Of a DNA stretch of 32,000 nt, positions 23,937-31,776 are shown piece after piece (position 1 is the first letter of the stretch; each line of letters starts with the position of its first letter). This DNA is from Pyrobaculum calidifontis JCM 11548 (lineage in GTDB: Archaea > Thermoproteota > Thermoprotei > Thermoproteales > Thermoproteaceae), in assembly GCF_000015805.1 (NCBI RefSeq), contig NC_009073.1, positions 1,410,001 to 1,442,000 of the forward strand, given 5' to 3'. Below the pieces are notes generated by a model. That model ran no database searches. It was not told the DNA's origin and worked only from the letters and a program-made list of their open reading frames with translations. The position numbers were made by a program, and so were the translations under genes.

Positions 23937-24761
23937 TTACCGCTCTTCATAGTAGCCGCACATGGAGCAGTAGCCGTCGAATTGAGCGTAGCCGCATCTA
24001 GGGCACCCCTCGGCGCTCCGCAGGTATTGGAAGCCCTTTGCTTCAAAGAGGCGGCAGAGGTAGGCGTAGGGGCTCCCAGCCCTCTTCTCCATCTCCTCGT
24101 ACAGGCGGTTGAAGCAACTACCCTCCTCCAGCGGGGTCTTCCTCCTCGCGGCGATTAGCGGCGCCACGCCCTTTAGGGCCTCTCTAAGCGGCTTTTTGTC
24201 TAAGACCTCGGCGGCTGGCAGAGCGAGCGCAAATTTCACCACCTCGTTCTCTGTGAAGGGGAGCACCGCCTCTAGGCCCAAGGCCTGGGCTATCTGGCGG
24301 CTACAGAACCTCCACTTTGCCACTATCTCGCGGCGTTTTTCCTCAAGCGCGTGGAGGGGATATTTGCGGTAGAAGGAGTAGCCGAGGAAAAGCTCGTCTC
24401 CCCCGTCGCCTGTACACACCCTCCTAAGCCCCAAGTCCCTCGCCCTCTCAAGCCCAGCATACTGCACTGCGCAGTTTACGAGCTCCATGGCGTTGAAGTT
24501 CTTCAACACCTCCATGGCCCTCTCCACGTAGTCGAGCGCCTCTACAAGTCTCACTTGCACAATGGAGAGGGGGGTGGAGAGGCGGGCCGCGGCGTATAAG
24601 GCAAATGGCAAATCCCCCTGGCAACTGACCAGCGACACTGTTATGCCGACGGGCACATGTCCTATCCGCCTCGCGGCGTAGGCCACCAAAGTGCTATCAA
24701 TTCCCCCGGAGAGGAGGACGCCGTCACACTCCGCATACTTAGACAAGAGGTCTACAATCAC
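23937..24761 (-). CDS. asparagine-synthetase-like PP-loop ATP pyrophosphatase lacking the glutaminase domain, with a C-terminal zinc ribbon
   Basis: GTG start in a GTGA overlap with the upstream stop. PP-loop LLSGGIDS at residues 16-23, AsnB-type motif CTGDGGDELFLGY, and a C-terminal CPRCG…CSMCG. Confidence 0.8.
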   Translation of the reverse strand: MIVDLLSKYAECDGVLLSGGIDSTLVAYAARRIGHVPVGITVSLVSCQGDLPFALYAAARLSTPLSIVQVRLVEALDYVERAMEVLKNFNAMELVNCAVQYAGLERARDLGLRRVCTGDGGDELFLGYSFYRKYPLHALEEKRREIVAKWRFCSRQIAQALGLEAVLPFTENEVVKFALALPAAEVLDKKPLREALKGVAPLIAARRKTPLEEGSCFNRLYEEMEKRAGSPYAYLCRLFEAKGFQYLRSAEGCPRCGYAQFDGYCSMCGYYEER

Positions 24762-25366
24762 GGCCTAATCTCGGCGATGTAGTACCCCCCGTAGACCGCC
24801 GCAGGCACACACTTTGCCTCAGCTGAGACGACGAGCCTCTTCACCTCTACCACTTGGCTGTGGTACTCTCCGCGCTCCCCTAGGGGGTCGACACTCATCT
24901 TCTTCGCCAAGGCGATAAACTCCTCCACGTTGCTCCCGTCGACTCTTCTACAGAGGAGCTCCCCCGGCCCGCCGATGATGTAAAAGGAGAGCTCCTCCGC
25001 CTCCCTCCTGAGGAGCTCTTCGTGGTCCATCCCCCACAGCGGCTCCTTCAGCGACGCCCCCACTTCGCGCGCCAGCTTCTCCATGTAGCGCAAGTGGTCT
25101 TCCACGTCGACGTCCCCAGCGACAATCACGTCTACGCCCAGCTTCCTCAAGAGGCGGGCCTTTTCCTCAAACTCTCTCCCCTTGGGCAACTTGTGAACCA
25201 CCACGGGGGCTATACGCGAGCCAAACCCCACGGCGAAGCCCAAGTTAGCGATGTGGGGAGAGGGCCTGGGAAACTCGTAGATGAGGAATACAAAGGCGTC
25301 TATGGGCCACTCCAAGAGAGCCGCGTACACGCTCTCTTTGCCCCCGCTGTAGAAGGCTATTTTCAT
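24758..25366 (-). CDS. DUF71/COG2102 (Dph6/MJ0570-like) PP-loop ATPase
   Basis: I trim the start to ATG 25366, which forms an ATGA overlap with the cbiB stop. MKIAFYSGGKESVYA is the SGGKDS PP-loop with D->E. VIVAGDVDVEDHLRYMEKLAREVG and GERGEYHSQVVE match the ATP_bind_4 pattern (GE-x-H-[TS]). Confidence 0.8.
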   Translation of the reverse strand: MKIAFYSGGKESVYAALLEWPIDAFVFLIYEFPRPSPHIANLGFAVGFGSRIAPVVVHKLPKGREFEEKARLLRKLGVDVIVAGDVDVEDHLRYMEKLAREVGASLKEPLWGMDHEELLRREAEELSFYIIGGPGELLCRRVDGSNVEEFIALAKKMSVDPLGERGEYHSQVVEVKRLVVSAEAKCVPAAVYGGYYIAEIRP

Positions 25367-26310
25367 GGGCCTCCAAAAATCAACACTTTTAAATATTGAA
25401 CAATCGTCCATATTAAAAACATGACTACGAAGTAAACCGCGGTGACTGCCGTGGCAAGCTTAACGCCTCTGGCTATGTCGGCCGCGGTGGGCGGCCTCCC
25501 AGAGGGGTTCAAGACGTAGTGCCCCCTCTTTTCCAGTCTCACGCCGAGCGCTCCTGCCATGGCCGACATTGGGTGGCCCGCGTTGAGGCTCTCTGTGGCG
25601 TTGTGCCACCTTAGCCACACTGCCAGGGCCTTCCTCACGTCGCCGCCGGCTATGGGCGCCAGGAGGGCTATCAGTAGGGCGGTGAGGCGGGCCGGGATAA
25701 AGTTCAGGACTGTGTCCGCCCGGGCCGAGACCCACCCCACGTCTTTAAACTCGGGCGTCTTATAGCCTAAAGCGCCGTCCAACGTGTTGGCCACCCTTTG
25801 CCCTAAGGCGCCTAGGGGGCCCAGCAGTACGGCGTAGAAGACCGGTGAAGTGAAGCCGTCCACTAGGCTCTCCGCCAAGCTCTCCAACGCCGCCGACGCT
25901 ACGCCGGCTTCCTCTAGGGAGGATACGTCTCTTCTCACGATGTGACTCACCCACCGCCTTGCCTCTGCCAAGTCGCCTCTCTCAAGCGCCTTCTGCACTC
26001 TGCGGCATATGTCCACCAAGAGCTTGTACGAGATGGAGAACTTGAGTGTAGCGGCGGCCGCCAGAGCCCACGCCAGGGGGTGGAAGGCGGCCAGGGCCAA
26101 AAGCGCGGCGAAGGGGGTCAAATGCGCCGCCTCTACGGCGAGCCACACTGCAATTCCCCACAGCCTGTCCCTCCGCCGCTTGGCCAGCCGTAGCGCCATG
26201 AAGTAGGAGGTGTGCACCGGGTGTATCTTTAAGAGGAGGCCCCGGTGCTCGGGGTACACCACGTCGAGGGCCAAGGCGAGCGCTAGCGCAAGCCAGATTT
26301 CACCAGTCAA
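25363..26310 (-). CDS. cbiB: adenosylcobinamide-phosphate synthase
   Basis: Polytopic membrane protein with CbiB/CobD-family features (LALDVVYPEH…IHPVH…; GHPMSAMAGALGVRL). Confidence 0.9.
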   Translation of the reverse strand: MTGEIWLALALALALDVVYPEHRGLLLKIHPVHTSYFMALRLAKRRRDRLWGIAVWLAVEAAHLTPFAALLALAAFHPLAWALAAAATLKFSISYKLLVDICRRVQKALERGDLAEARRWVSHIVRRDVSSLEEAGVASAALESLAESLVDGFTSPVFYAVLLGPLGALGQRVANTLDGALGYKTPEFKDVGWVSARADTVLNFIPARLTALLIALLAPIAGGDVRKALAVWLRWHNATESLNAGHPMSAMAGALGVRLEKRGHYVLNPSGRPPTAADIARGVKLATAVTAVYFVVMFLIWTIVQYLKVLIFGGP

Positions 26311-26764
26311 GCCCCCTAATGGCCAAAACCCCCCTCTGGTAGTAGTGTTTGACGTTGTCCAGCCGCGTCACTAAGTCGAAGTAGCCCCCAAAGCCCTCCT
26401 CCCAATACCCCCCAGTGACCACCACGTGGGACCTCAGCCTTGCGAGATCGCCCAAGTGCCGCGGCTCTAGAAGGTCCTGCCTAACCGCGTACAACAGCTC
26501 GTCCAACACGACTACGTCGTAGCTGTCGCCTTGGGAGAGGGCGTACTCCAGGAGGGCGGCGGGGCTCCTTAAGTCGGTGAGATACACAGCGTCTATCCCC
26601 AGCCGCCTCATGGCCTTGTACTCCCCCACCTCCTCCCCCATGTAGAAGGGCGTCTTCATGACTCCCACGTACAGCACCCTGAGCCCGTGGCCCCACGCCC
26701 TCAGCGCTATGCCGAGTGCCGCAGAGGTCTTCCCCTTGCCGCTCCCCGTGAATGCCAGGCGCAT
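26300..26764 (-). CDS. cobA: ATP:co(I)rrinoid adenosyltransferase (CobA/CobO/BtuR type, short form)
   Basis: P-loop FTGSGKGKTSAALGIALRAWGHG, then VVVLDELLYAV and VVVTGG. It heads the late operon, with a TATA box 22.5 nt upstream. Confidence 0.8.
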   Translation of the reverse strand: MRLAFTGSGKGKTSAALGIALRAWGHGLRVLYVGVMKTPFYMGEEVGEYKAMRRLGIDAVYLTDLRSPAALLEYALSQGDSYDVVVLDELLYAVRQDLLEPRHLGDLARLRSHVVVTGGYWEEGFGGYFDLVTRLDNVKHYYQRGVLAIRGLDW

Positions 26765-26782
26765 GCGTTACAGACTCCAACG

Positions 26783-26790
26783 TTTTAAAA
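26783..26790. promoter_or_regulatory. palindromic TATA element TTTTAAAA, potentially shared by divergent units
   Basis: Centred 22.5 nt from cobA ATG 26764 and 27.5 nt from ATG 26814 of the decayed ATPase copy. Confidence 0.4.
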
Positions 26791-26813
26791 GCGTCACCAC
26801 TATTTATATGTGT

Positions 26814-27410
26814 ATGTTGAATATTGCTCGTGTTGCCCTTCGTGGGGCGGAGTTGGAGGCTTTGAGGAGGTATAACGCGAGGCAGATGCTTGTGCCCATA
26901 TTTGTCTACGGGCCTGAGGGCTGCGGGAAGTCCCGCCTTTTTCGAGAGGCCGTGCGCCGCTTTAAGGAGTGGTATCAAGACGGCAAGCGCTTCTAATAGA
27001 TGCAACAATGGACGATGTGTATAAGATATTCGCCGCGTCTTCCCCTGACATGTTGTGTGAAGTCGTGGAAGAGTTTACCGCCGCCGCTTCGCAACAAGTC
27101 GGGGCTGGCCCCTTTTCTGCGCCTCTGGGAAAGCCTGCGGCGTTCTTATGTGCGAGAATTGCGCGGCGTATATACAAGAGGGTTAGGAGGACGTTTTTGA
27201 CAAGCTGTGGCGGCCTTTGGCGTAGCTGAGGTGGACAGAGTGGCCAAGGACATGTACCACACCACAGACCCGCTGAGGGCCGAGGACGTCGACAGAAAGA
27301 TAAACTTCTTCGCCCTCACCTCGGAGGGTGAGTCTAGGAGAGAGTCTCTGGGTAGAGCCCATACGCGACACTGCCAACTCAGTTGCTACCCCGCGGCAGT
27401 CGCCGTCTAA
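26814..27410 (+). pseudogene. decayed, truncated tandem paralog of the downstream archaeal P-loop ATPase
   Basis: 26814-26996 encodes …LEALRRYNARQMLVPIFVYGPEGCGKSRLFREAVRRFKEWYQDG, which is then stopped. The intact copy reads …LEAVKRYNTGQMYLPLFVFGPEGCGKSRLFKEAVKRFKEWYPDG. Homology continues in two other frames (ALLIDAT…; …RKINFFALTSEGESR vs VIVNFFALTSEGYSR). The C-terminal half is missing. Confidence 0.6.
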
Positions 27411-27422
27411 ACAAGCGGAGAA

Positions 27423-27430
27423 GCTTATAA
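27423..27430 (+). promoter_or_regulatory. TATA-like box (GCTTATAA) for the intact ATPase
   Basis: Centred 24.5 nt upstream of in-frame GTG 27451. Confidence 0.35.
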
Positions 27431-27450
27431 CCCCGCGACCTGGCACAAAC

Positions 27451-28491
27451 GTGGAACTCCCATTCATAGGAAGGAAGATAGAACTAGAGGCGGTGAAGAG
27501 GTACAACACGGGGCAGATGTACCTCCCCCTCTTCGTCTTCGGCCCTGAGGGTTGTGGTAAGTCTCGACTGTTTAAAGAGGCGGTGAAGAGATTTAAAGAG
27601 TGGTATCCCGATGGGGTTGCTGTCCTTGTAGACACGAGGAAGAGCGAGCTCGCCGAGGCCGTAATTGCCACCGCGCCCGTAGACGTGAAAAAGCTGGCCA
27701 AGCAGTTAGCCAAGGCCATGTTTAGGAGCCTCTCCCAAATCACGCACTTCGGCGAATTCTTTGCCATCATGGCCACGTCGATACCAAAATACGTCAAAAC
27801 CAAGGACGTAAAACGGATATTCATCGTAGTAGACGAAGTCACCACCACATTCGTCAATGTGGAGGCATATGCCAAATCCATGGAATCCACTATGAACGTG
27901 GGGAGACCAGAGGAGTTGAAAGACGTCATAGTCAACTTCTTCGCTCTTACGTCAGAGGGCTATTCCAGAGGCCTACTGGCACGGCACAGCTACGTCTGGC
28001 AGGCCTATTTGTGGAATCTCCCCAGGCGGGACTTCGAAGAGCTGTACTACAGAGCGAGGGAGCTCTACCCCGGCCCGGCGCCCCCCTTCGACGAGGTGTG
28101 GAAGCTCTATGGCGGGAATCCGAGGGGGCTAGAGGAGCTGGCAAAGCTGGGCTGGGACGTGGATAAGTACAAGCGGCGGCTCGCCGCGCTTAAGGGCTTG
28201 GAGTCTCTTGTCGGTTTGGTGAAGGGGAGGCGCCTAGGCGAGCTCGCGCGGCGGGTGGTAGAGGACGTTGACTACCTCCGCCTAGGCGAAGAGCCCGAGC
28301 TCCACGAGCTAGCCGACTTGCTCATAAGATACAACCTTGTGATGGAGTTGCCCAGAGACCTTGAGCTAGGCAACGAGGTAGACACCCCATTTGAGCCACC
28401 CCCCATAGACAGAGAGCTCGGCGTGGGGAAGCACTACGCATGGCAAGTCCCAATCTACAGAGAACTCTTCGCCAAGGCGTTGGCCGAGTAA
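27451..28491 (+). CDS. archaeal P-loop ATPase (Arch_ATPase/PF01637-like)
   Basis: Track ORF is 27328..28491. I trim the start to GTG 27451 so that the protein begins VELPFIGRKIELEAV, the F-x-G/D-R-x-x-E-L opening typical of this family. Walker A GPEGCGKS, Walker B IFIVVDEV, and GGNPRGLEEL. Confidence 0.8.
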   Translation: MELPFIGRKIELEAVKRYNTGQMYLPLFVFGPEGCGKSRLFKEAVKRFKEWYPDGVAVLVDTRKSELAEAVIATAPVDVKKLAKQLAKAMFRSLSQITHFGEFFAIMATSIPKYVKTKDVKRIFIVVDEVTTTFVNVEAYAKSMESTMNVGRPEELKDVIVNFFALTSEGYSRGLLARHSYVWQAYLWNLPRRDFEELYYRARELYPGPAPPFDEVWKLYGGNPRGLEELAKLGWDVDKYKRRLAALKGLESLVGLVKGRRLGELARRVVEDVDYLRLGEEPELHELADLLIRYNLVMELPRDLELGNEVDTPFEPPPIDRELGVGKHYAWQVPIYRELFAKALAE

Positions 28492-28521
28492 ACCGGCCGC
28501 GCCCGTGTTGGCGTCTCGGGG

Positions 28522-30270
28522 CTATTGTACGCCGCTCTTGCCTTTTCCCAGTCTTTGGGTGTATGCGCGGTTTATTGACTGAAGCGTTAGCACGCCTATT
28601 AGCTTGCCGTCGTCTACCACAGGCGCCCATGTAAGACCCGTCTGGCCTATTACTTGTAAAGCCTCTAGTAGGGAAGACTCGGGCGATACGTGTGGGATTT
28701 TCCTGGCGTACTTTCCAACTCTCCCGCTCTTGCCCAGCAACTCAAATAGGTAGACTGCGCCGAGGAAGTTGCCGTAGTCGTCAACCACTGGTAGCGCTGA
28801 CATACTCCTAGTGGTCATAATTGTGACAGCCTTTTTCACATCGTCGTCGTGTTTTACCACTGGCTCTTTGTCGAGGGCGCAGTCTGCCACTTTCATCTCC
28901 ATGAGTAATGGCACGTGGTACTCCTCTAAGTGGGCTGGCGAATCTCTCCGAGTTGGCACTTGGGATCTATAGAGAGAGTCCTCCCCTGAGACTAGCCGGG
29001 CTACTGCGACGGCGATTATGGCGGCTGGCAGTAAATCGTAGCTACCAGTCATTTCGACTACCATAATTGCCGTGGCCAAAGGCGCTTTTGACGCGGCGCC
29101 AAACAGCGACAGCATGCCCACTACAATGAATGGAGCGGCGTTGGGGGCCAGCGAGGGGAAGAGCGTTTTGAATACTAGGTACATGTCGTATCCCACAAAT
29201 GCGCCTATGACTAAGCCTGGCGCAAATACTCCGCCGCTACCCCCAGAGCCCACGGTGAGAGAAGTCGCTAAGATTTTCAAGAGTGGCAACAAGGCAATCA
29301 ACAACACGGCGGGGAGAATGGGCGAGTAAAACGCGGACGGCGACTCCTGTATTAGTAAGCTGACCCATCCATATCCAACGCCTAGTATCTGCGGCGCGAC
29401 GATGCCTAAGGCACCTACGGCTAAGCCTCCCACAAGAGGTTTTACATAGGGAGAGGTGTGCCAGCTCTTAAACCTATCGTGAAAGTAATAGAAAACTTTT
29501 ACATACACATATGCGACAGCTCCGCTGACGAGGCCCAATAGGGCAAACAGCGGCAGTTGTCTTACGTCAAAGTGCGCTGGGACTTCTCCGAACACTGGGG
29601 TGAAGCCCGTAATAGCGCCGTAGATGGCGTATCCCACAATTGCGGCCACTAGCGCGGGGAAGAGTACCTCAGACTCTACGTCTCGTTTGTACAAGACCTC
29701 TGCCGCAAATAGTGCGCCTCCTATGGGGGCCTTGAATATTGTGCCTATGCCAGCGCCGGCGGCAACCATGGTGACAATTCTCCTGTCGTCGTCGTTTAAG
29801 CGCAAAATGTCGGCAATTATTGAGCCAAGACCTGCGCTTAGTTGCGCCGTGGGGCCCTCTCTGCCGGCGCTTCCCCCCGAGCCTATGGTTACGGCTGAGG
29901 CCACTAGTTTTACAAACGGGACCCGCCTCCTAATGCGGCCCCTCAGTCTGTGGTAGGCGTTTATGGCCGCGTCTGTGCCATGGCCCTCGGCCTCTGGGGC
30001 CAGGCCGTAGACCAATAGCCCAGACAAGAGGCCTCCTAGGCCTGTGGCCACTGGCAAGAGCCATAGTCTCTCGGAAGTTAATGTGTAGTTGCCCAAGCCG
30101 CCCTCGCCCACAGGCCTCGGGAGCTCAACACCTACGATCTGCTCTAAGAAAAATTTTTGGCACAACTCAAGAGCGTAGATAAATGTCAGTGCCGCTACCG
30201 CCGCAACGACGCCTATCAACGTGCCTACGATTATCCACTTGACAAAGTACGGTAGTGTGCTAATGGACAC
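28522..30270 (-). CDS. ClC-family chloride channel / Cl-:H+ antiporter with a C-terminal CBS-domain pair
   Basis: ClC selectivity motifs GSGGSAGREGP and GGSGGVFAPG in a polytopic membrane core. The tail carries two CBS repeats. GTG start with a TATA box 22.5 nt upstream. Confidence 0.9.
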   Translation of the reverse strand: MSISTLPYFVKWIIVGTLIGVVAAVAALTFIYALELCQKFFLEQIVGVELPRPVGEGGLGNYTLTSERLWLLPVATGLGGLLSGLLVYGLAPEAEGHGTDAAINAYHRLRGRIRRRVPFVKLVASAVTIGSGGSAGREGPTAQLSAGLGSIIADILRLNDDDRRIVTMVAAGAGIGTIFKAPIGGALFAAEVLYKRDVESEVLFPALVAAIVGYAIYGAITGFTPVFGEVPAHFDVRQLPLFALLGLVSGAVAYVYVKVFYYFHDRFKSWHTSPYVKPLVGGLAVGALGIVAPQILGVGYGWVSLLIQESPSAFYSPILPAVLLIALLPLLKILATSLTVGSGGSGGVFAPGLVIGAFVGYDMYLVFKTLFPSLAPNAAPFIVVGMLSLFGAASKAPLATAIMVVEMTGSYDLLPAAIIAVAVARLVSGEDSLYRSQVPTRRDSPAHLEEYHVPLLMEMKVADCALDKEPVVKHDDDVKKAVTIMTTRSMSALPVVDDYGNFLGAVYLFELLGKSGRVGKYARKIPHVSPESSLLEALQVIGQTGLTWAPVVDDGKLIGVLTLQSINRAYTQRLGKGKSGVQ

Positions 30271-30288
30271 GCGCTAAAATTAAGGTCC

Positions 30289-30296
30289 ATTTTAAT
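30289..30296 (-). promoter_or_regulatory. TATA box (ATTAAAAT on minus strand) for the ClC gene
   Basis: Centred 22.5 nt upstream of GTG 30270. Confidence 0.4.
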
Positions 30297-30384
30297 GTTG
30301 ACCGCCGTCCGCCGCTCATTCCTATCTCCGTAGAAGACTTAGTTCCGAAAATTTTAAACTCAGCAGTACATAAACGACGTTGAG

Positions 30385-30888
30385 TTGGCTAAGCCTTGGG
30401 TAGACGAGAAGGGCTACATCGCGGCTAGGCTTAGGGAGGCTTTATACGAGGCAGAGTTGGCCAAGGAGTTCCTCCGGAATGGGCTTGTCCGCAACGCCGC
30501 TGGAAAGGCCTATCAGGCGTGGAAGGCCGTCGTAGCGGCCCTAGCCGCCGAGAGGAGGGAGACGCTCGCACGTTTGTACACTGGGGTGAAGCGGCTGAGG
30601 GAGGGCAAGAGGGTGAGCGAGGCTGACTGGGTGATAGCCTTTATGCCTTCGACGAGGTTGAGGGAGGTGGCTAAGGCCCTCTCGGAGGTCTACGGAGACG
30701 AGGTGTACTACGTCACAGAGGTGGCCCTCTCGCTACATGAGTATCAGTACAATGGGCCAGACCGAGAGGGCGTATTCAGCCGGTATAGGACAGACAAGCA
30801 CGCCGCAAAAGACGTAGAACACGTCGTGGCAATTGTGGAAAAGTACGCCGCGTCTATAAAGGCGCGTCTAGACGCCCAGTCTAAATAG
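30385..30888 (+). CDS. PaREP1-family-like helical protein (HEPN-like helical pattern)
   Basis: TTG start. The N-terminal helix pair ARLREALYEAELAKEFLRNGLVRNAAGKAYQAWKAVVAALAA resembles PaREP1/HEPN-type openings. The family call is from memory and unverified. Confidence 0.6.
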   Translation: MAKPWVDEKGYIAARLREALYEAELAKEFLRNGLVRNAAGKAYQAWKAVVAALAAERRETLARLYTGVKRLREGKRVSEADWVIAFMPSTRLREVAKALSEVYGDEVYYVTEVALSLHEYQYNGPDREGVFSRYRTDKHAAKDVEHVVAIVEKYAASIKARLDAQSK

Positions 30889-30933
30889 CCCGCGCAACTG
30901 CACGCTCAGAGCCGCTGGCGGGCTCGCGTTGGG

Positions 30934-31776
30934 CTATATTGCATCGCACTTGAGGAGCCTTGTCGGCATGTGAGGCAACTGGGCGGTGGGTATCTGGCTG
31001 ATGTGTATGCCCCTGTAGGTGTGCCAAGTGGTTTTCGGGGGGTAGAGAAGGCCGGCGGCGGCCCTCGCCAACACCTCCATCTTCGTCATGTTTACCTCTA
31101 CTGCCCGGTAGTCCACCGGGAGGGCAAATATGGGACGCCCCTCCCTCTTCGCCTTGTTTAACCTGTGGTGTCCATCCAGTACAGTGCACGTCCACGCCTC
31201 TACGGCTATGGGCGCCTCTCCTGCGACGACATCTGGGAAGACATCCTCGTGCGGCCTAAGCGTGTGGGGGTCCATGGGCAGGGGGTACGCAGGTGGGGGG
31301 TCCGCCTCGGCCTCCTCGTAGTCGCGCCACGTGTTTATGTTCATCAACGGCGGCACCTCCACCTCCTCCCACTTGGACATGTTTGGGCTGGGCATCCACG
31401 TCAGTCCCACGTATTGCCCGCTGGCGACTGCCGTGGCCATACGGGGGCGGCTCAGGAGGGGCTTCACGTGGCTGGGCGTCAAGTTGGCCAAGTCGCATGA
31501 GGCAAACAGGGCAGGGGCGTGTCTCTCCGCCAGGCGGACTAAGTCGGGGCCGTAGCCCAAGCCCTCTGTGTAATCCACTGCAAGCCCCCACGTCTTTGCC
31601 AGCCAGACAATTCCGGGGTGCCCCCTGGTGGTGGCCACCACCACTTCGTCGAAGCCAGCCCAGATCAGCGCGGCGGCCACTCTGAGCAACAGAGGCACTG
31701 CGCCCACGGGAAGTAAGCACTTCTCAGGCCTTCCCATCCTCGACCCCCTCCCCCCGGCTAGCACCACCGCCCTCAT
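30934..31776 (-). CDS. cobY: CobY/MobA-like nucleotidyltransferase (probable adenosylcobinamide-phosphate guanylyltransferase) fused to a ParB/Srx-fold domain
   Basis: I trim the start to ATG 31776, which forms an ATGA overlap with the upstream stop. The N-terminal domain reads MRAVVLAGGRGSRMGRPEK…LMNINTWRDYEEAE. The C-terminal domain reads LRPHE…VLDGHHRLNKAKREG. The Arg/Gly-rich 55-aa extension in the track ORF lies inside the upstream gene. Confidence 0.75.
   Translation of the reverse strand: MRAVVLAGGRGSRMGRPEKCLLPVGAVPLLLRVAAALIWAGFDEVVVATTRGHPGIVWLAKTWGLAVDYTEGLGYGPDLVRLAERHAPALFASCDLANLTPSHVKPLLSRPRMATAVASGQYVGLTWMPSPNMSKWEEVEVPPLMNINTWRDYEEAEADPPPAYPLPMDPHTLRPHEDVFPDVVAGEAPIAVEAWTCTVLDGHHRLNKAKREGRPIFALPVDYRAVEVNMTKMEVLARAAAGLLYPPKTTWHTYRGIHISQIPTAQLPHMPTRLLKCDAI

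Noticed and set aside
27183-27935. 250-aa minus-strand ORF
   Set aside because: It is antisense to the ATPase gene and its decayed copy. It is Ser/Thr-rich with no motifs, whereas the plus-strand frame has clear Walker motifs.
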